Positions 56,901 to 64,000 of a stretch of 64,000 bases of DNA are shown one piece after another. The notes below the pieces were generated by a model. The model saw nothing but the letters and a program-made list of their open reading frames with translations. It searched no databases and had not been told where the DNA came from. How positions within the stretch are numbered: position 1 is the stretch's first letter; every line of letters starts with the position of its first letter. The position numbers and the translations under genes were made by a program. The stretch is from Gekko japonicus (Eukaryota): positions 885,546 to 949,545 of the forward strand of contig NW_015175358.1 of assembly GCF_001447785.1 (NCBI RefSeq), written 5' to 3'.

Positions 56901-59900
56901 GTGGTCCATCTGCATTTTTGTGTCTGTGCAGAGAGTTGGAGGCATATGCCAGTAATATGACATTCTTCATGGAGTTTCTCTAGAGTGCAGCATAACATTA
57001 TCTCCATTTGGAAAACCTTTTCGGTGATGGAAGTTTCTCTTGTGTCTCTCGCCCATGGCTGCAGGTTAGGGGGGACTCTGTACTCCTTCCATTCCTCCAT
57101 CTTGAACTGCCTCCTTCCACAGCTCACAAGTCCCAGGTTGGCTGTGCGCAAAAGGGCCATCATTGCCTTGGGTCACCTGGTCTTGACTTGCAACGGGAAT
57201 ATCTTTGCAGAGCTTATGGAGCACCTGTTAGCAGAGCTGAAGAGGAACAACTCCACTTCAACCACAAGGACGTATATCCAGTGCATTGCCGGCATCAGCA
57301 GGCAGGCCGGGCACCGCATAGGTAGGTCTCTCATCATTGGGACTGAACGCACCATATACGTGTTCAGCTTCAATCATTCAGTTACATTTTTATCCACCCT
57401 CTCCTACGAGGAGCTCAGGATGGCATATGTGCTTTGCCCCTTCTGTGTTTTATCCTTGCAACAACACTGTGAGATGGGTTTTGGAGAGAGAGACAGTGTG
57501 GGATGAGTCCATTGTCACACACAGAGCTCCATGGCTGAGGCCCAAACTACACAAGATGTTTGTCCATAAAGTCAGGTCAGGGTTCCGCCGACCTGACTTG
57601 CATTCCCAACAGCTGCCATCTGGCTGCAGGGAACGTGTTTCCCTGTGCACTGCAGGCCCTGATTCAGGTTGGGAGTGACCACAGCAAGGGAGGAGCAGGG
57701 TCTTCATCCTGGGGCATTTTCTTGACCTGAAAGGAGCCTTGGGAGATGCTTTCTGTCCTGTTGGGGAGCTGCATGTGCACGGAATCCTGTGCAGCTCCCC
57801 CCCCCTCGAACAGAAAGCACCCCCAGGATCATTTTGGGTTGGGAAAACAGTGTTGCAGGGAGGGTGAATCCCTTTCTCCTCCTGTCCAGCAATCCTAACG
57901 TGAATTGTGCACTAGGGTGCTTGGGGAAATAAGGTCCTCACAGCCAGAAAGCAGCTGAGGGAAATGCAAGTTGGGTCAGCAGAATCCCAACCCAGTTTGT
58001 GGACAAATGTCTTGTATACTTTGGGCTTGGGTGGGGTCTTGAACCCGATTCTTCCTGGCCCTAGTATTAACACTTTAACCATCCTACCACACTGCTCTGA
58101 ACATACAACTGCTGTTGTCATAGCTGGTGCTCTTTTCTATTCCAGTCTCATATCTCATATCTCTAGATTTAAATTTTCTACCCAGCCGTGTTCCATTTTA
58201 TTTATCCTGTAACTATTCTGCTCAAGAGGCAACTATCTGGAGCCTCATTGTGCTGCTGTAGCATCTTTTCAGTTCATTGGGACAGAAGCAGCCGCCAGGG
58301 ACAGGTTTTATTGCTTCTGTAAGTGATGAGCCTTTGTTGAATCAGTAGGGCTGGAAGGAGCCCAACTCTTTGACCTAAGGTAGAATCCTCCATGGATGCA
58401 ATGCTCTTGCAAAATGTGCACAGTTTTTATTCTACCGGGCCCAATCAGAAAATAGGATTTACTAAGTTATTCTATACCAAAGAAGCATCAGTCCAGATGA
58501 ATGAAATAAGCTAAGCTATAAGAGAGACTGTGGCTCAGACCAATTGCTAGTCAGAGTAAACAGTGCTGAACTAGATGGACCATTGGTCTGACTTGGTGTG
58601 AGGTGGCTGTGTGTGTGCATATCTAAGAGAGAAAAATTTCATAATGTTTCGAAGAGACCATGCCCCGGAGAGGAAGGGACAGTGGCATGGAGGGACATAC
58701 GGAGGGATGCTGGCACATGCCTTGCAAGCAGAACTCCCTAGATTTAATTCCCAGCATTGCCAGTCAAAGGATCAGGCAGAACATAACATGAAAGTCTGTG
58801 ACATCGGAGAACAGCTGTCAATCAGAGTATACAATACTTAGGCCGATGTCTGACTTGGTATAAGGCAGCTTTGTGTGTGTCCGTGTGAATATCGGTAGGA
58901 ATGAACAGCTTAATCTGGTGACTTAAAACGGGAATGAAGACATCCTATTTGTTGCTGCAAGGTCTTGGAGCTCAAAGCCTCTCTGCACTCCAGTTTGATA
59001 GATCAGGATATGAGCTCCTTTTATGTGTGAGAGTTGAACACATTGAGGTACTCCCTGTACTGTGAGCCAGTTTGGTGTAGTGGTTAGGTGCGTGGACTCT
59101 AATCTGGGAGAACCGGGTGTGATTTCCCACTCCTCCGCTTGCACCTGGTTGGATGACCTTGGGCAAGCCGTAGTTCTGATAAGAGCTGTTCTTGAAAAAG
59201 AGCAGTTTCTGTCAAGAGCTCTCTCAGCCCCACCTACCTCACAGGGTGTCTGTTGTGGGGAGGGGAAGGGAAAGGCGTTTGTAAGCCGCTCTGAGACTCC
59301 TTTGGGTAGTGAACGGCGGGGTATAAATCCAGTCTCCTCCTCCTCCCAGTGTGAAGCCAGCCTAATGAGCCTTCTCTGACGGAAGAGGACCTTTCTCCAT
59401 CAGAAAAGCCCCTTAAATTGGAGGAAGGCTCCTTTGGCTGGAGGAAGGCTTCGAAGTTTGCTGAGTGGAACGGTAGGAAGTATGCCACTGTAGGATATAT
59501 GCCACACAGGCATAGTAACATGCATCTAATTTAACCAAACGACCCAAAGTGGGAAGACATTCTTCTTTTTAAAAACAGAAGTATTTATCATATCTTGCTC
59601 TTCCATGGGGGTTCTCTAAAGCTAAAGGGACTGATCAAAGTGACGCCCATTCTCCTCAGCAGGCTGCAACAGCGGGAGCTCCCAGACAGCTAACTAAGCT
59701 GGGCAAGGGGTTTTCTTGATGATGCTCTTTCACTGTTTTCCAGGAGACTATCTGGAGAAGATGATCCCATTAATTGTGCAGTACTGCAATGTTGAGGATG
59801 ATGAACTGAGGGAATACTGCTTTCAGGCCTTTGAATCTTTTGTGAGAAGGTTGGTGCCCTTTTCTTGGGAAATACTGGGTTGTTTTGCAGAGCTACTGTT

Positions 59901-62900
59901 TTTAGGTGGAAATTACCAGTGAAATGTCTGTCCTGATTATCCATGTCACAGACCATGGTTGAGGGGAGGTGCCTCTTAGCATCCCTCTGGTGATCTGTCC
60001 TAGGTGGCTGGCTGTGATACCACTAAACTGGGGAACTACCTACGATGCCACATTCATCGGCTCTGGAATTCTACAATTAGAAACATAGATACTAAAGGGA
60101 GAGAAGCACATTCCACTATTGGAATTCTTTGAGGTAATTTGGATAGATGGGAAAACAGTTTTTCAGGATCTTAACAGAAAAGGGTTTTTTAAAGAGATGA
60201 TTTTAGCTTTTTTTTAATGCCAAGGCCAATGGTACACAGAGAGAAGTAGTGAGAGAGTGTCTTTAAGATGGGTAAGGACACGGTAGGATGGCCTGATTCA
60301 GTGTGCACAGGAAGAAAGCTATCTGGTGAAGCTGCTCCTTTAATACTGTAGCAGTCATGCAGTGTTTCCAGGCTCACATCATGATTTCATTCAGCTCCGG
60401 TTCTCTGATGTATTTCAACAGAAGGATCCAAATGTCACTTAGAGTTCTTTGTGAACCTAAAATCTGGCCCTTTATTTGAAATGAATGGGAAGCACTGCAT
60501 TGCATTTCAGACCCCCGTGCATGTAAACAGTCACTGGATCACAACAAATATATGATTTTATTTATGGAAATACTGCTTATGGAATTGTTGTTGTTCTATG
60601 TTACTCTGGAGTTCTTTTTCTGTTTCCAAAGATGCCCGAAAGAAATCGGTCCTCATCTTCATAATGTGACAGGATTGTGCCTCAAATATATCACTTACGA
60701 TCCAAACTACAACTACGACAATGAGGAAGAGGATGAAGAAGAAATGATGGAAACTGAGAATGGGGAGGAGGAAGAACAAGGTGCTGTGCGTTAGGGATTG
60801 TCAAGGCTGGTCTCCTCTGCCAGTTGTTCAGACTGCCTATTCCCATTGCCTTTCCTTAGCTCTCCATCCAGGAAGCTGATGTGGAGATGCTTATTTTCCA
60901 TGGCTAGCAGGTCACAGAAAATGATACAGTTGTCACATCTTTGCATGAAATTAAACATAGCCCTCTAAAATACTTTCCCTTGTTGAATTTGGGGAATAAC
61001 ATTGATAATTTAAGCTAAGTACTGTTCTTAGTCAACAGAAGAGGCAATGAATTGGCTTGGCAGTGATCAGCTGCCCGTTGTCTACTTTCCTTCTAGAATA
61101 ATGTCAATTAATGGCTGTTTGACTCTGCAGATGTCTAAAGGTGATGCAGGGACAACAAGCCTCTTCAGCCTACCACCAAGCTTGCACAGCAGGGTCCATT
61201 AGAAGTCAGCCTTCCCCTTCACTGAGCAGAAAGAACAAAAGAACATAAAAGAGCCCTGCTGGATTGTACCAGTGGTCCTGTCTCACACAGTGGCCAACCA
61301 GGTCCTCTGGAAGTGCCAACAGAAGGGCATAGAGGCCAAGACCTTCCCCTGATGTTGCATCCTGACTGTGGTATTCAGAGGTTTACTGTCTCTGAATCTG
61401 GAGGTTCCCTTTGGTCATCATGGCCACTCACAAACATATTCTCCATGAATATGTCTAATCCCATTTTAAAGCCATCTATGCCTGTGGCCATCACTACATC
61501 TTCTAGTGAATTCCACATAGTAATCACTCTCTGTGTAAAGAAGTATTTCCCTTTGACCATCCTGAATTTACTGTCCCATCAGCTTCATTGGATGCCCTTG
61601 AGTTCTAGTACTTTAGGAGAAGGAGAAAAAGTTCTCTTTGTCAACTCTCTCCACCCCATGCATAATTTTAGAAGCCTCTATCTTGTCCCCCCTTAGTTTT
61701 CTCTTTTTAAAATGGAAGAATCCCAGACTCTTCAGCCTTTCCTCACAGAGAAGATGCTTCAGCCCCTTAATTATCTTGGTTGCCCTCCTTTGTACTTTCT
61801 TCAGCTCTGCAGTGTCCTTTTTGAGGTATGGTGACCAGAACGGCACACAGTATTCCAAATGAGGCCACACCATAGATCTACAGAGGGGCATTATAAAATC
61901 AGTTTTATTCTCAATCCCTTTCCTAATAATCCCCAACATAGTTTGCCTTTTTTACCACTGCAGCCCTCTAGGTTGACACTTCCATAGAGCTATCCACTAT
62001 GACCCCAAGATCTTTTTATCTCTCAGTCCCAGCAAGTTCAGACCCTATTAGCCTATACTTGAAGTTGGGATTTTTTTTTGTTCCAATGTGCATCACCTTA
62101 CAGTTACCCACATTGAACTTCATCTGCCGCAGTGTTGCCCAGTTTGTGGAGATCCTCCTGGATCTCTTCACAGTCATCCTTGGTTGTCACCATCCTGAAT
62201 GATTTTCTGTCATCCGCAAACTTGCCCACTGTGCTGCTCACCCCTAGTTCCATATCATTTATGAAAAAAATTAAATAGCATTGGCCCCAGTACAGATCCT
62301 TGTGTGTCCCTCTTGCTTACTTCCCTCTGTTGTAAGAACTGTCCATTTCTCCCTACTTTTTGCTTCTTGTCATTTAACCAATTTTTAATCCATAAGAGAA
62401 TCTGCCCTCTTATCCCATGACTGCCAAGTAACTTGGGAGAAAGAGAGAGCAGTGCCTGTTCCAATGGACCAAGTTCCACTGCTCTTTCTTTCTTTTCTTT
62501 CTTCTAGTATAGAATTGTGTCCAATGTCGCCCCTTCATCTCATGACCCTATAGTTCAAACTGTCCAGAATGCTAGAGAAATATCCTCATTGACTGTAGGG
62601 TTATGTGAGGATTTTTTTAAATCAACTTTTTATTAACTTTTCAGATAGTACAAAGTTGAGTGATATATCTGTAACAATAAATTCAAGTATTATGGATTGT
62701 ACAACACGGTAATTAAGCAGGATATACAGTTAATAACATCAGAACAGGATGTGAACTGTATATCAAGTAGTGATGTGTGAGTCTAGAAGGTAGTGTACGC
62801 TCTTTATAATTGCTGCTTCGTTTGGATTCCCAAAATGCCACAACTAGACATTGTGGAGGGTAAACTAAGCATGAGTTAAGTATTCATGCCAGAGGAGTAT

Positions 62901-64000
62901 CAAGAATAGAGTCTATTTAGGTAGATAGAGTTGTGAGGTTGGAGGTCATTAGTTGTGACATGTTCTAGGAAAGGGAACCATTTCTCTACAAAGTTGGATT
63001 GTTTGGGGTAGATTTCTCACTGCTGGAGATGATCCATGATTTTTTCCATGATGAAATGGTCCCAGACCTTGTTATACCAGTTCATGTAGGGGCTAGATGA
63101 GATTTCCATTTGGAAGCGATCGGCGTCTTGGCTGCTACCAGGAGATTAGTTATTAATGCTCGCCTGATCCTTGGCCAAATATCTAAGAAAATCAGTTCTG
63201 GTGAGAAGGGAATCGTGTATCCCATGATAGTTCGTATTTGTGAAAGTACATCATGCCAAAAGTTTTCTATAAGTTTGCAGTGCCACCAGCAGTGTGCAAA
63301 GGAGCCATTCTCCCCACATTTCTTCCAGCATAAGGGGGAGTGAGAGGATGACATCAAAGCTTGTTTTTCAGGAGTAAGTTACCATTGGGTAATTATTTTG
63401 TAAGATTGAAGTTTTGTACTAATGACGGGTGATGTTAGCAACGTAGAAGACCAGATTTGGTTCAATTGCACTTCTGTAAGGTTGGTTTCCCAGTAATGTT
63501 GCCTTTTGTGTTGATAGCTTAGCGGTTTGTCACTGTCTAGGTGGATTAGTATTTCAAATGTTTTGGTAATGTGAGGATTTGATGGTGATCATATGTGATG
63601 CTTATTGTGTTAGCTGCCGTATGTGAGTGTGTGTGTGCGCGTTTCTGGGGAACAGAATAGTGGGGGAATATATACTTATTTAACCAGCTGTGTCCTTGAG
63701 TCCTCTGTTTCTGCTTTTATGAACATGGAGTCTGTCTTCTTGTCCTCAGAAAGCGATGATGAGTATAGTGACGATGATGACATCAGCTGGAAGGTCCGCA
63801 GGTCTGCAGCCAAGTGCCTTGAGGCTATTGTCAGTACTCGGCACGATCTTCTCCGGGAGTTCTACAAAACCCTCTCACCCGCCTTAATCAGCAGGTTCAA
63901 GGAAAGAGAGGAGAATGTGAAGGCGGACATTTTCTGTGCTTATATATCTTTGCTGAAGCAAACCCTGCCCATTCAGAGCTGGCTGCATGCTTCAGATGAG
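44913..64000 (+). CDS. CAND2: Cullin-associated NEDD8-dissociated protein 2 (TIP120B), exons 1-8, runs off the window
   Basis: Exons 44913-44980, 49684-49827, 50545-50699, 55124-55247, 57065-57321, 59744-59849, 60632-60780, 63750-64000+; [46 protein letters not shown]...; HEAT-repeat CAND family. CAND2 preferred over CAND1 by linkage to SEC13/GHRL/TATDN2 (human 3p25 genes). Confidence 0.9.
45840..46189 (+). mobile_element. Sauria SINE
   Basis: Near-identical to the 10999 copy; ACCTTT tail. Confidence 0.85.
46670..47770 (-). mobile_element. Old L2 LINE fragment interrupted by two hAT MITEs
   Basis: [19 protein letters not shown] similar to the 35333 element; MITEs at ~46926-47133 and 47366-47573. 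Confidence 0.7.
48656..49074 (+). mobile_element. hAT non-autonomous element with CpG-rich cargo (CAND2 intron 1), inverted copy of 39919
   Basis: TSD GGTGATTG; near-identical interior. Confidence 0.88.
49306..49357 (+). ncRNA. Minimal type I hammerhead ribozyme motif (Penelope-like)
   Basis: TGACCT-CTGAAGA-C-GGCT/GGTTTG/GGCC-GAAA-CAT-GTC-AGGTCA: stem I TGACCT/AGGTCA, full CUGAnGA and GAAA core, palindromic stem III ACATGT, GUC cleavage triplet. Confidence 0.75.
49684..49827 (+). CDS. CAND2: CAND2 exon 2
   Basis: 144 nt, [14 protein letters not shown]...EVQNLAVKC. Confidence 0.95.
50545..50699 (+). CDS. CAND2: CAND2 exon 3
   Basis: 155 nt, [21 protein letters not shown]...ELPPPST. Confidence 0.95.
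51165..51461 (-). mobile_element. Sauria SINE (more diverged)
   Basis: Homologous to the copies above; TTGATGCTA flanking duplication. Confidence 0.75.
54459..54735 (+). mobile_element. tRNA-derived SINE
   Basis: Same family as 11701, different diagnostic variants. Confidence 0.8.
55124..55247 (+). CDS. CAND2: CAND2 exon 4
   Basis: 124 nt, [15 protein letters not shown]...[14 protein letters not shown]. Confidence 0.95.
55714..56806 (-). mobile_element. CR1 LINE 3' fragment with open 298-aa RT C-terminus
   Basis: [28 protein letters not shown]; highly similar to the 8073 copy. Confidence 0.95.
57065..57321 (+). CDS. CAND2: CAND2 exon 5
   Basis: 257 nt, [30 protein letters not shown]...RQAGHRI. 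Confidence 0.95.
59065..59346 (+). mobile_element. tRNA-derived SINE
   Basis: Shares diagnostic variants with the 54459 copy. Confidence 0.8.
59744..59849 (+). CDS. CAND2: CAND2 exon 6
   Basis: 106 nt, [35 protein letters not shown]. Confidence 0.95.
60632..60780 (+). CDS. CAND2: CAND2 exon 7
   Basis: 149 nt, CPKEIGPHL...[28 protein letters not shown]. Confidence 0.94.
61231..62430 (-). mobile_element. Older CR1 LINE fragment
   Basis: [36 protein letters not shown] with frameshifts. Confidence 0.88.
62620..63560 (-). mobile_element. L1/Tx1-like LINE ORF2 C-terminal fragment
   Basis: [29 protein letters not shown] zinc-knuckle motif typical of the L1 ORF2 C-terminus. Confidence 0.7.
63750..64000 (+). 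CDS. CAND2: CAND2 exon 8 (partial)
   Basis: [34 protein letters not shown]...[13 protein letters not shown]. Confidence 0.95.

Noticed and set aside
44913-64000. CAND1 assignment
   Set aside because: The sequence is CAND1-like in places, but linkage to the SEC13/GHRL/TATDN2 block favours CAND2; a phylogeny would settle it.

Overview
Vertebrate (squamate reptile; the repeat content suggests a gecko, but this is an inference) genomic window with four protein-coding genes reconstructed by hand from splice sites: TATDN2 (+, complete, 6 coding exons, 925 aa), GHRL/ghrelin (-, tiny exons missed by the ORF track), SEC13 (-, complete, 9 exons, 320 aa) and the 5' part of CAND2 (+, exons 1-8, truncated at the window end). 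SEC13 and CAND2 are head-to-head and TATDN2 and GHRL are tail-to-tail. Introns are dense with CR1, L2, RTE/BovB and L1-like LINE fragments, Sauria, tRNA-derived and 5S-derived SINEs, hAT MITEs with 8-bp TSDs, a Helitron and Penelope-derived palindromes. The main observations are four. (1) The ghrelin gene keeps an intact signal peptide and 26-aa acylatable hormone, but its obestatin exon has lost its acceptor and carries an in-frame stop, next to a weak donor and an intronic poly(A) signal. (2) A well-formed minimal hammerhead ribozyme lies in sense orientation in CAND2 intron 1, with several decayed relatives. (3) A CpG-rich hAT element carrying promoter-like cargo and a splice donor sits in sense orientation in intron 1 of both SEC13 and CAND2, bracketing their shared promoter region as an inverted pair. 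(4) TATDN2 exon 3 contains a ~47-aa internal repeat. All calls come from manual reading; no database searches were run.
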